A DNA stretch of 40,847 nt. Source: Candidatus Saccharimonadota bacterium (lineage in GTDB: Bacteria > Patescibacteriota > Saccharimonadia > Saccharimonadales > SZUA-47). Location: NCBI GenBank assembly GCA_017993025.1, contig JAGONL010000002.1, positions 1-40,847 on the forward strand, written 5' to 3'. Positions 26,185 to 35,556 of the stretch are shown here, piece after piece; position 1 is the stretch's first letter, and the number at the start of each line of letters is the position of its first letter. The position numbers were made by a program, and so were the translations under genes. The notes beneath the pieces are model-generated. The model made no database searches. It was not told where the DNA came from and was given only the letters and a program-made list of their open reading frames with translations.

Positions 26185-26427
26185 GCTCAACCACCCCTTG
26201 AAATACTGATTCATGACAATCAGCCACTTCTGAGTCAAGCATTAAGCAAATCCAGAAGTACATAACCATTGAATTACTTACTGGACGCTTGCGTTCTTAA
26301 TGCGCAGAAGTGGGTGGTATCTGTCTTGAGTAATGTATCTTCAATAGGGTGTCGCTTTTTTGCCTCTCGTTTTTTGCGATTAAAAAATGAGAGTCGTAGG
26401 TATGGGCGCGAAAAGCCCGTTGTAGCT
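26185..26427 (+). repeat. structured repeat element, copy C (5' domain type 2, 3' module x)
   Basis: See the first finding. Head-to-head with copy F. Confidence 0.85.
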
Positions 26428-26454
26428 TGGCGATTTTTCAAAAGTCGTTATTCT

Positions 26455-27939
26455 TTATCTATCCTCAGCCGTGCGCATGAATGTACGGATTAGCTGGTAT
26501 GGCTCTGCTACGGTAGTGCCGGTGACGGCTGTGTACATAAAGTCGTGGCTGTTATTGAAAAAACTTCCTAGTTGACCGTTGGCAGATACCATATCATAGC
26601 GGTTACTTCCGTCAAAATCTATCATCAGCTGTTTTCCGGCGATGCTTAGTAGAAAATGTTGTCCGTCAATCCAATTTAGTTTTGTGCCTTCGTCTATTTG
26701 GTTTTCTAACTTAAAACTGTATGACCTATCAGCGTCAAACTCATGACTAGCAAGAGTCTGCGTACCACGGACTACAATAACGCTAGAATCTGCGGAAATC
26801 TCAAGCTCTGAAGGATTATCTACCCGCAGAACCGTTGTTGGTACGGGAATAGAAGAGAAGTCGTTGTTTTTAAGGGAATTAACAGGGTCGTTATAAATAA
26901 TTGCTCTATTCTCAACTGGCGAACTTATGCCTAGTACTATGGCATCTCCTAGCTTGGACATATCTAGAAGATATTTTGGGCTCTCTTTAAAACTGCGTAT
27001 TTTATGGGTATCATTTCCGTTTTTAAGATAAGCAGTAACGGTTCCGGCTTCAGAGTTTTTGGACGTTATATACAGTACAGTGTCGTCGCCAAACGTTTTA
27101 TAAGCCAGCACGTCTTGCAGTACAACACTGAAAATTCCGTCGCGCGTATCGGCCTGATATAGAGTTTTGCTCGTACCGTCATATAAATACAACAAATCGT
27201 TTTTTCTTGACCGTAGACTAACTTCTGAATACGGCACAGTAGGGAAGAGGGTCTTTAGTTTTTTAGATTTTGTACCGTCTTCTCTATCAATTATTACGTA
27301 CTCTGAAGTGCTGGCAGTACGGTAAACGGCAAGGAAGTTCTTGTTGTCATCTGCCCAATCAATAACCTCCCAGGTGCCGGGCTCTTTTGTGTCAAGCAAT
27401 CCTAATGGTAGGGGCAGATTAATATAGTCAAACTGGCTTTTAGTTATGTCAATAACGCGCATTAATAACGGATTATCTGTAAAAGAAGTTACTAACCATC
27501 TTTTATCTATGCTTTGCGACATCATATTAGGGATTGCGGGCATATTGATGGCAAGTTCGCTGTCCAGAACCTCTGGCACCATCCGTGCGTATGTAAGCCG
27601 ACGCAGGCTTCCACCCTCTAGCGCTAGGTTTCGGCTCCAGGTTCTGTAACCATCACGCCGTAGTTCAATATCGTAAGATCCTGCTGGCAAAACCAACCTA
27701 GCGTCTGTTCGTCCACGTTGTTTTTGACCATTAAGAAAAATTTCTGCAGATTCTGGCTTGCTATCTAGATACACCAATCCGTTTTGAATAACTTCACCAG
27801 TTTGCCTATCTATCGAATAACCGTTAATCAAATACACAAAAACAACTGTTGCAATAGCTATCGCAATACCAATCAGCACGTACATAATCATCAGTTTAGT
27901 TTTTTTTCGTCGCTTTTTAAGTGGGTCTAAATAGTCCAT
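26455..27939 (-). CDS. PEGA domain-containing membrane-anchored protein
   Basis: 494 aa with an N-terminal TM helix. PEGA-like segment SKPESAEIFLNGQKQRGRTDARLVLPAGSYDIELRRDGYRTW, followed by a large beta-rich region. Confidence 0.65.
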   Translation of the reverse strand: MDYLDPLKKRRKKTKLMIMYVLIGIAIAIATVVFVYLINGYSIDRQTGEVIQNGLVYLDSKPESAEIFLNGQKQRGRTDARLVLPAGSYDIELRRDGYRTWSRNLALEGGSLRRLTYARMVPEVLDSELAINMPAIPNMMSQSIDKRWLVTSFTDNPLLMRVIDITKSQFDYINLPLPLGLLDTKEPGTWEVIDWADDNKNFLAVYRTASTSEYVIIDREDGTKSKKLKTLFPTVPYSEVSLRSRKNDLLYLYDGTSKTLYQADTRDGIFSVVLQDVLAYKTFGDDTVLYITSKNSEAGTVTAYLKNGNDTHKIRSFKESPKYLLDMSKLGDAIVLGISSPVENRAIIYNDPVNSLKNNDFSSIPVPTTVLRVDNPSELEISADSSVIVVRGTQTLASHEFDADRSYSFKLENQIDEGTKLNWIDGQHFLLSIAGKQLMIDFDGSNRYDMVSANGQLGSFFNNSHDFMYTAVTGTTVAEPYQLIRTFMRTAEDR

Positions 27940-28070
27940 ATTTTGTTTGGGTGTCCTACTATACTCAATTATGTCATATGTTGCTCATTTTTACCTTGCG
28001 AAATTAGCGCATAAGAGATACGATATAGTAGCATAGGGTAACAAACAAAAGACTCCAGGAGTAAACATAC

Positions 28071-29174
28071 GTGGGCACACAACATCAAGACGTTATTGAA
28101 ATAAACGGCAAAAAATACGACGCAGTTACAGGCCGGCTTATCGTAGACCAAAGGCAAGAGTCAGAAAATGTTAACGCAAAGATGCCCCAACCTAAAAGCG
28201 GAGTGGTGCTAGATGGCTTTGTTAAAAGAACTCATCATGCAGACATAGCTCACGCACCAGCCTCTCATCACAAAAAACCTGTTCAGAAATCACAAACATT
28301 AATGCGCCAAGTAGTCAAAAAGCCGGCGACTCAACCATTATCACCACCGAAACCCGTATCAAAGCACCAACTTGTTAAGCCAACACTAGTTGCATCAACA
28401 CACATGCAAAAAAGCGCATCTGAGGTTAAAAAGAACCCTTTCGTGTCTAGATATGGCGACATTCAGCACCGCTCTACAGTAGTTAAAAAAGTTCAAGCCT
28501 TGGAGGTTAAAAAGCCAGAGCAATATACTGTCTCATCTGTAACACCACAAATATCTAGTCACAATGCAAGTGCTGTTGAGCACAACAGTGGTGGTCGTAG
28601 TAAAGCTACAAGCATGATGCTGGAAAGAGGGCTTGCAAACGCAACTAGCCATGAACTTCCAACACTGCCGTCCCAGCATCAGAACAAACGTAAAAAACTA
28701 GCCCACAAACTGGGTATAAGCGCCCGGGCAATGGCTATAAGCACTACAGTTCTAGCCGGAGTGTTACTTGGTGGGTTTTTTGCAATACAGAATGTACCGA
28801 ATCTATCTATGAGGGTTGCGGCAGCACGTGCAGGCTTTGACGCCAGCATGCCTGGATACAGCCCCTCTGGTTTTAGCTTTAAGGGTCCAATTAAATACAG
28901 TCCAGGACAAGTAACAATTTCTTTTGATTCAAACACTGACGACAGAGAATATACGGTAACTCAAAGATCCACAAACTGGAACAGCGATGCACTATTATCA
29001 AACTACGTAGTTACAAGCAACAAGCAGTACCAGACGTATCTAGACCGTGGTAGAACTCTATATATTTATGATGAATCAAACGCAACATGGATAGATAACG
29101 GTGTTTGGTATCAGGTTGAAGGTAACAGCGACATGACAACCGACCAACTTGTGCGCATCGCTTCCAGCATCTAG
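28071..29174 (+). CDS. hypothetical membrane-anchored protein (C-terminal DUF4367-like region)
   Basis: 367 aa with a GTG start, a basic low-complexity N-terminal half, one TM helix (AISTTVLAGVLLGGFFAI) and a C-terminal globular domain. Confidence 0.6.
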   Translation: MGTQHQDVIEINGKKYDAVTGRLIVDQRQESENVNAKMPQPKSGVVLDGFVKRTHHADIAHAPASHHKKPVQKSQTLMRQVVKKPATQPLSPPKPVSKHQLVKPTLVASTHMQKSASEVKKNPFVSRYGDIQHRSTVVKKVQALEVKKPEQYTVSSVTPQISSHNASAVEHNSGGRSKATSMMLERGLANATSHELPTLPSQHQNKRKKLAHKLGISARAMAISTTVLAGVLLGGFFAIQNVPNLSMRVAAARAGFDASMPGYSPSGFSFKGPIKYSPGQVTISFDSNTDDREYTVTQRSTNWNSDALLSNYVVTSNKQYQTYLDRGRTLYIYDESNATWIDNGVWYQVEGNSDMTTDQLVRIASSI

Positions 29175-29311
29175 GGACTAGCCTCAGTTTAAAGTTGCAG
29201 GGTTGAAGAGTTACAGTGTTATGATTATGGAACTTTTAACTCTGGAACTCTTATACTTTTAACCTCCTATTACCCATATTTCAGTGTCTCTTGTGATGTA
29301 CAATTGTAGTT

Positions 29312-29809
29312 ATGGCTAATTACAAAGGACACGTAGCGGGTGGGGCAGTTGCGGGGATTATATATTACGGAGTTATATCTTATGTACCGATTGAGAGATT
29401 TGCTGAGGCTGCAGGTCTATTGTACGACTGGCAAGCAATATTTGCTGTGATTGTTATATCTACGCTTTTTGGGCTTTTCCCGGATGTAGACACCAACAGC
29501 AAAGCTCAGGATTTATTCTTTGGTATTGTGTTTCCTCTAGATATATTGCTGTTGTGGGCAGGTAGTATAGTGGCTGCTGCGTATTTAGGGCTAATATCAA
29601 TGCTACCCATTATTGGCCACCACCGTGGATGGACACACAAAAAATGGGCAATGATTGTTATACCACTGCCGATACTACTAATACCGTACCTATATGACAG
29701 TGCAAGTCTACCGATTTCTACAATCTATTACGGAGCTGCGGTTACTGGCTATTTTAGCCACCTGTTACTTGACGGTCTTATCTGGCGCAAGTTCCGCATA
29801 AAAAACTAA
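29312..29809 (+). CDS. membrane-bound metal-dependent hydrolase-like protein (YdjM/DUF457 family)
   Basis: 165 aa with N-terminal KGH, FPDVDT, HRGWTH and SHLLLD motifs across TM helices. Confidence 0.65.
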   Translation: MANYKGHVAGGAVAGIIYYGVISYVPIERFAEAAGLLYDWQAIFAVIVISTLFGLFPDVDTNSKAQDLFFGIVFPLDILLLWAGSIVAAAYLGLISMLPIIGHHRGWTHKKWAMIVIPLPILLIPYLYDSASLPISTIYYGAAVTGYFSHLLLDGLIWRKFRIKN

Positions 29810-29835
29810 TCTTAGTTTGTAATTTTATCAAGAAT

Positions 29836-30079
29836 CTAGCTACAAGTGGCTGTTTCGGCGCCACACCCCCGACTATCTTTTTCCTACAGGTGAAAAAGAT
29901 AGCAAAAACCCCGCACCCGACTGAAGAAACGTGATTAAAATCAAGGTACCAGACATACTCGCGCGACAAGAACGCAAGCGTCCAATAAGCAATTTAAATT
30001 AAGTATGCTTTTGGATTAGCTTGTCGCTTGATTCGAGCATGCCTGATTGATTTCATCAGTTTTTCAGAGGGTGGTTGGC
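29836..30079 (-). repeat. structured repeat element, copy D (type 3)
   Basis: See the first finding. Confidence 0.85.
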
Positions 30080-30086
30080 TACATAC

Positions 30087-30143
30087 CAGAGTTCGACCAG
30101 GCTCTGATTGTCTCTCAGGAGTTTACAGAGGGCTGACTAGCTA
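30087..30143 (-). repeat. partial 5' fragment of a type 3 (F-like) structured repeat
   Basis: ccagagttcgaccaggctctgattgtctctcaggagtttacagagggctg parallels 26101-26153 of copy F. Confidence 0.6.
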
Positions 30144-30169
30144 CAAAGACATGTAGCTACAGAGCACTT

Positions 30170-30410
30170 GTAGCCCTCCAGCCCCTGAATTACTGATTAG
30201 TTCCAATCAGTGACTTTCGAGTCCAGTGGCAAGATAATCCAGAAACACATAACTTCAGAAATTGTTTACTGGACGCTTGTCGTTCTTGCCAAGCGAAAGT
30301 TACTGGTATTTGGAACTAGTCATGTATCTTCAGCAGGCTGTCGCTTTCTTTGCTTCGTTTCTTTACGACAAAAGAAATGAAGGCCTGGTGTGGCGGGCAA
30401 AGCCACAAAC
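30170..30410 (+). repeat. structured repeat element, copy E (5' domain type 1, 3' module y)
   Basis: See the first finding. Confidence 0.85.
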
Positions 30411-30463
30411 CAAACAACAAAAATCTAAAAATGCGGGTCAAGCGAAGCGCTTGAAATTTATTT

Positions 30464-32137
30464 TTAGCTTAGTCTTGATGTGACGCGTTCTTCGCCCATG
30501 ATTTGGCAGATTGTCCAGAGGTCGGGGGTGCGGGATTTACCGGTTAGCGAGACGCGGATAATTTTGGCAAAGTCAGATATTCCACCTTTGTATTTGTCGG
30601 GGTTTTCTTTAAGCTCTTTGCGGTCCAGTGAATAACCAGCAGATTCTGCAGATTTTTTCATGTTTTCAAACCAAGCGTCTTTGTCGGCTTGGTGGTCGTA
30701 ATTGTCCATAAATGCCTTGCGCGCATCGTCTTGAACATCTGCCGGGACTTCTTCTTCAAAATCGCACATAGCTCCGGGAAGTATATTCATTTCAAAAATA
30801 TCGTCGTAGAAGTAACCGAACTGGTCGGGAGCATCGGACCACTTTGCCATGTCTTTGCGCGGGTTATCGCCGTCTCGCTCAATCGACAAAACTGCATTGG
30901 TGTAGCCTGGGTCTGCCGTCATTACATCATAAAGTGTTTTGTGGTGAGTTTTGGTCCAAGCCAATACCTCAGCATTAAAATCTACTTGAGGCATTCGGGC
31001 AATTTCGTCTTTAGCGTAATCTTCAACCTTTTTCATATCTAGTAGCGGGGAACGGGACGACGCTAGTTTCTCAAGGCTAAACGGGAAATCAGCCAAATCG
31101 GCATCTGGATTATCCCGATACCAATCTTCAAAGTTTGAATTTGCTAAACCTAACAAATAAGCTTTGATAGCTTTTAGCGGATAGGCAGACTTTTGCCAGA
31201 AGGCCACGTCCGCCTCTGGGTCTTTACGCTTGGATAGTTTTCTTTTACCACCTTCAACGCCGACTATAGAAATAACTGGTGTGTGCGCATAACGGAACGG
31301 CTTAATGCCTAGAGATTCAGCTAGTTCAATGTGTAGTGGGGTTGACGGCAACCACTCCTCGCCACGAAGAATAATAGTAGCCTTCATTAGATAATCATCT
31401 ACAACATGCGCCAAGTGATAGGTAGGCAGTCTATATTCGTCAGACTTGATTAACGGTACATCTAAATCGTTTTCTGGCACAACCATATGACCTTTCAGTA
31501 CATCTTCAAACTCTATGCGCTTTTCATGGGCTCCTTCTGAGCGGAAACGCAGTACAAAGGGTTTTCCGGCCTCTAGAGCCTGTTTAACGTCAGAATCGTC
31601 TCTATCACGCCATAATGCCCAACTACCGTAATAGCCAGGGCGTTGTTTTTTGGACTGCTGGTCACGAACGGCCTCCTGCAACTCTTCTGTGGTTGCAAAA
31701 CAGGGGTAGGCACGGCCTTTTTCTAGCAAATCTAATGCGTAGGCAAGGTAAATGTCTGCGCGCTCACTCTGTACATAAGGCCCATATTCACCTAAAACAC
31801 TACCGTCAGCCTGCAGTCCTTCGTCTGGTGCAATGCCAAAAGCGTTTAACTGAGTAGCTATTAGCACTTTGGCACCTTCAACCTCGCGTTTTTTGTCGGT
31901 ATCCTCAATACGCAAGATATAAACACCACCAGATTGATGGGCGACATATTGGCAAATCATACCGGTAAATATCGCCCCAATATGGACAAACCCGGTGGGT
32001 GATGGGCAAAACCGCGTAACCTCTGCACCGACGGGCAGATTTCGCATTGGATATCTTTGTTCTACGGCGGTCCTTGGCTCAATTTGACGATTTTGTGTCA
32101 AAATTTCGATGACTTGTTGTTTTAGTTGTTCGTTCAT
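30464..32137 (-). CDS. gltX: glutamate--tRNA ligase
   Basis: 557 aa with PSPTGFVHIGA (HIGH-type) and KLSKRK (KMSKS-type). Class I Glu/Gln-type core with a C-terminal extension. Confidence 0.88.
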   Translation of the reverse strand: MNEQLKQQVIEILTQNRQIEPRTAVEQRYPMRNLPVGAEVTRFCPSPTGFVHIGAIFTGMICQYVAHQSGGVYILRIEDTDKKREVEGAKVLIATQLNAFGIAPDEGLQADGSVLGEYGPYVQSERADIYLAYALDLLEKGRAYPCFATTEELQEAVRDQQSKKQRPGYYGSWALWRDRDDSDVKQALEAGKPFVLRFRSEGAHEKRIEFEDVLKGHMVVPENDLDVPLIKSDEYRLPTYHLAHVVDDYLMKATIILRGEEWLPSTPLHIELAESLGIKPFRYAHTPVISIVGVEGGKRKLSKRKDPEADVAFWQKSAYPLKAIKAYLLGLANSNFEDWYRDNPDADLADFPFSLEKLASSRSPLLDMKKVEDYAKDEIARMPQVDFNAEVLAWTKTHHKTLYDVMTADPGYTNAVLSIERDGDNPRKDMAKWSDAPDQFGYFYDDIFEMNILPGAMCDFEEEVPADVQDDARKAFMDNYDHQADKDAWFENMKKSAESAGYSLDRKELKENPDKYKGGISDFAKIIRVSLTGKSRTPDLWTICQIMGEERVTSRLS

Positions 32138-32200
32138 TTATACCATTGTATCACCGGTGTTGTCTTTCTGAAAAAATAGAGTATTATAAATATAAGCATT

Positions 32201-33382
32201 ATGGAAAATAAAAACGATTTTAACAACTTCAAACCCACTCAGACCACGGATGTCACTAAAACTAAGCGCTTTAATTTTAGTTCAGAGGGATTCAAAAACT
32301 TCTTCAAAAAAAGACCATCAAGAAAACATTTAGGCATACTTCTAGGAATTGGGTTAGTGCTTATCGGTGCAGGCATTGCCTACTTTCAATTTTTTGCCCC
32401 AGAGCCTGCCGAGCCAAATCCAGTGCCGGAGCTAACATCTAATTACGTACCGCCAGCACCTACAACACTTGCGTCGCCATTAACTGGGGTGCAGGTTGAA
32501 CCGGCATTAGCACAAAGGGCAGTCACGGGGATAATGATAGAAAACAGCGTTGATGCTCGGCCACAAGCCGGGCTAGTCGATGCTGGAGTTGTCTTTGAGG
32601 CGATTGCCGAGGGTGGAATCACCAGGTTTTTGGCACTTTTCCAGGAAGCTCAGCCAGACTATATTGGACCAATACGGTCTGCAAGACCATATTATGTACG
32701 CTGGGCAGCCGGATTTGACGCCGGTTACACCCACAGTGGCGGTAGCGGGGAAGCATTGGCACTTATTCAGTCTCTGGGGGTTAAAGATATGGACCACGGC
32801 ACATACGGCAACAAATATTTTGATAGAGTTAGTAACCGGTATGCTCCACACAACGTATATACCAGCATGGCTAGACTTGACGAACTGCGTAATTCTAAGG
32901 GCTACACCACCAGCACATTTGTCCCGTTTAGCAGAATTGCCGTCGTAGACGAAAAAGACAAAGTAGCCACAGAAACACCGCCCGTTCTTGCACCAGCAAA
33001 CACAATTGCTTTTAATATCTCAAGCCCGCTGTACAACACCAGCTATACCTATGACGCCGCTGCAAATGTCTATAAACGCACTATGGCGGGCCAGCCACAC
33101 AACGACGAAAAGAGCGGCAAGCAAATTTCTCCTACAGTTGTTATCGCGTTAGTTATGAGCTACGGAATCCATGCAGACGGCGTCCACAGCACTTATGCCA
33201 ACGTCGGCTCGGGCAAAGTGCTTATTTTCCAAAACGGAGTCGTACAAGAAGGTACGTGGACAAAAGCCAGCGACAAAGCAGAGCTGGCGTTTAAAGACGC
33301 TGCGGGATTAGACATAGCTCTTCAACCTGGTCAAACATGGATTACAGCGATTCCGGACGGACGCACAACTTACTCGCCCTAA
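32201..33382 (+). CDS. DUF3048 domain protein (YerB-like), membrane anchored
   Basis: 393 aa with IMIENSVDARPQAGLVDAGVVFEAIAEGGITRFLALFQ and PIRSARPYY, which are typical of the family. Confidence 0.65.
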   Translation: MENKNDFNNFKPTQTTDVTKTKRFNFSSEGFKNFFKKRPSRKHLGILLGIGLVLIGAGIAYFQFFAPEPAEPNPVPELTSNYVPPAPTTLASPLTGVQVEPALAQRAVTGIMIENSVDARPQAGLVDAGVVFEAIAEGGITRFLALFQEAQPDYIGPIRSARPYYVRWAAGFDAGYTHSGGSGEALALIQSLGVKDMDHGTYGNKYFDRVSNRYAPHNVYTSMARLDELRNSKGYTTSTFVPFSRIAVVDEKDKVATETPPVLAPANTIAFNISSPLYNTSYTYDAAANVYKRTMAGQPHNDEKSGKQISPTVVIALVMSYGIHADGVHSTYANVGSGKVLIFQNGVVQEGTWTKASDKAELAFKDAAGLDIALQPGQTWITAIPDGRTTYSP

Positions 33383-34968
33383 ATAGAAAGCAAACCAACG
33401 TGGATTACAGCAAAAAATACAACCGAAAACTTTTTATCATACTTGCTGGATATATAAGCTTTGCGGTAATTAGTAGCGGTATAGTGTGGATAATATTATC
33501 TTCGTTTTTCAGTAGTGACAACGGAATTTCTATAACTTTATGGGCGATAATATCTGCATTAATAGTGCTGTTAACAACCTACCTAGCGACAAACACAACC
33601 TCTAAACCACTCAGCACTCTTGCTGACGCAATTATATTCGCCGGCCACAGCTCTAGAGGTGGTACAGCGCCACAAACCGATAATTTAAACATCGGCAGAG
33701 AGCTTGTAGCGTCGCTAGCAATGCAGGTCTATGATTTAGCTAGCATGGCACAGCAAAGTAGCGATGTTGTGGTTTCAGGAATCCCGAAGTCAGCTGAAAG
33801 CCCAGCCACGGCAGGGATGCAAGCAATAACTCCGTCTATCCTGGATCACGTAGGACTACCGATATTTGGTATTGACTCCGAACAGATCGTTACAGCCATC
33901 AACAAATCCGCCTGCGATTACATTGGTCTTACTCCTGAGCAAGTAATAGGAAAACCGTTTTATGACTCAGTAAAGCTTGCTTTTCAAAGCGAAGAAACTT
34001 TTGAGGCATGGCTAAAAAACCAACAACAAAATTCTATAAACGGAGTACGTTTGTGGGAAAGAGTTAGGATTACTGACCCTAACGGCAATGCCATAAAACA
34101 ATTTGATTTGGTGGCCAGCTTTAGCAAACAAAATCAAAGCGGTACAGAAACTATGATATGTATATATGACAGAACAGAGCAGTATTCCCGCGACGACCAA
34201 GAAATCAGCTTTGTGGCCATGGCCGTGCATGAGCTAAGAACTCCGTTAACGATTCTAAAGGGATATGTAGAGGTGTTTGAGGACGAAGTCGGACCTACGC
34301 TGACCCCAGAATTAACAGGTTTTATGCACAAAATGCAGGCCAGCACACAACAATTGACAGCGTTTGTGGGAAACATTCTAAACGTTGCTAGGATTGAAGA
34401 GAATCAGCTTGTTCTGACACTTCAGCAACATAACTGGGCAGAAATATTAAAAGTGGCTGTTGACGACCTAGCGCTCAGGGCGGGAGTAAACGGTAAGCAC
34501 ATAGAACTTCATGTCGGCGAGGGAATCCCACCGGTTGCCGTTGATAGAATAAGCATCCACGAAGTTATAAACAACCTGGTTGATAACGCAATTAAATATT
34601 CAGGTAACTCTGACAAAATTATTATTTCAACTTCGTTAAACCAAGAAGGATTAATAGAAACCAGTGTTCAGGACTTTGGGATTGGAATACCAGCCAGCGC
34701 CATGCCTGATTTGTTTCAGAAATTCTATAGAAGCCACAAAAGTAGCGTGCAGGTAAGTGGTACCGGGCTTGGGCTGTACTTGTGCAAATCTGTTATTAAC
34801 GCGCACGATGGCAATATTTGGGTTCGTTCTAAAGAAGGCGAAGGCAGTGTATTTACTTTCACAATTCAAGCATTTGACCATCTTAAGCACGAACAAACCG
34901 GCGGGCAGGATGGTATTATGAGAGGAGCGCATGGTTGGATTAAAAACCACTCGCTAAACAGGCAATAA
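33337..34968 (+). CDS. sensor histidine kinase (TM, PAS-like, HisKA, HATPase_c)
   Basis: H-box FVAMAVHELRTPLTILKGY, N-box NLVDNAIKYS, G-boxes DFGIGI and GTGLGLYL. The start is uncertain: the ATG at 33337 overlaps the upstream gene by 46 nt, and GTG at 33401 is an alternative. Confidence 0.85.
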   Translation: MDYSDSGRTHNLLALNRKQTNVDYSKKYNRKLFIILAGYISFAVISSGIVWIILSSFFSSDNGISITLWAIISALIVLLTTYLATNTTSKPLSTLADAIIFAGHSSRGGTAPQTDNLNIGRELVASLAMQVYDLASMAQQSSDVVVSGIPKSAESPATAGMQAITPSILDHVGLPIFGIDSEQIVTAINKSACDYIGLTPEQVIGKPFYDSVKLAFQSEETFEAWLKNQQQNSINGVRLWERVRITDPNGNAIKQFDLVASFSKQNQSGTETMICIYDRTEQYSRDDQEISFVAMAVHELRTPLTILKGYVEVFEDEVGPTLTPELTGFMHKMQASTQQLTAFVGNILNVARIEENQLVLTLQQHNWAEILKVAVDDLALRAGVNGKHIELHVGEGIPPVAVDRISIHEVINNLVDNAIKYSGNSDKIIISTSLNQEGLIETSVQDFGIGIPASAMPDLFQKFYRSHKSSVQVSGTGLGLYLCKSVINAHDGNIWVRSKEGEGSVFTFTIQAFDHLKHEQTGGQDGIMRGAHGWIKNHSLNRQ

Positions 34969-34970
34969 TT

Positions 34971-35387
34971 ATGATTGATTCATCAACACACCCAACATCA
35001 CACGTTCAACCTAGTATTCTTGTAATAGAGGACGAGAGGTTCATATCAGAACTCTACACAAGGGCACTGGAAAAAGCTGGTTTCAGGGTGTCATCAGTGG
35101 CAGACGGCGAAGAAGCGCTAAAACAGGCCGTAAACAACCACTACGACATTATCCTGCTAGATATTATGTTGCCGACCATGAACGGCGTAGATTTACTTTA
35201 TAAGATGAAGAGCGAGCACGTTCAACCGGCAATGACGTCAAAAATAATAATAACTACAAACCTGGACCAAAAAGAAGAAACACGAGCCAAAATAGAGAAA
35301 ATGGCAGACGGCTATTTAATTAAAGCTGAAATTACTCCTAAAGAACTAGTGAATTATGTCAATCAAGTACTAAACATGGGATATTGA
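34971..35387 (+). CDS. receiver-only response regulator (CheY-like)
   Basis: 138 aa with ILVIEDE, ILLDIMLPTMNG and a conserved K in YLIKAE. No output domain. Confidence 0.85.
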   Translation: MIDSSTHPTSHVQPSILVIEDERFISELYTRALEKAGFRVSSVADGEEALKQAVNNHYDIILLDIMLPTMNGVDLLYKMKSEHVQPAMTSKIIITTNLDQKEETRAKIEKMADGYLIKAEITPKELVNYVNQVLNMGY

Positions 35388-35499
35388 TAAAAACCCCCAC
35401 CTCTGTTAAAATATTCTCTTAGTAGCCTATGTAGCTACAAAAATTCACAAAAACCCGCTTGTCAGTGTTTATGAATTTTAGAGGAGAAGATTTGTGCAA

Positions 35500-35556
35500 C
35501 GTCGAAGCTTTTGACCAGTCTCTGGGCAAAACGAGACTGGCACAAAAGCTTCGACG
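35500..35556 (+). other. 22 bp near-perfect hairpin in a structured spacer upstream of tRNA-Glu
   Basis: cgtcgaagcttttg-a-ccagtctc, loop tgggcaaaac, gagactgg-ca-caaaagcttcgacg. It is followed by the accgcc-agt-ggcggt hairpin (35580-35594). Confidence 0.6.

Noticed and set aside
21000-30420. Calling the 21-30 kb region a prophage, ICE or transposon.
   Set aside because: No integrase, transposase, relaxase or phage structural gene is visible. The only tRNA-fragment repeat is a 5' fragment upstream of the tRNA. Mobility is therefore a hypothesis, not an annotation.
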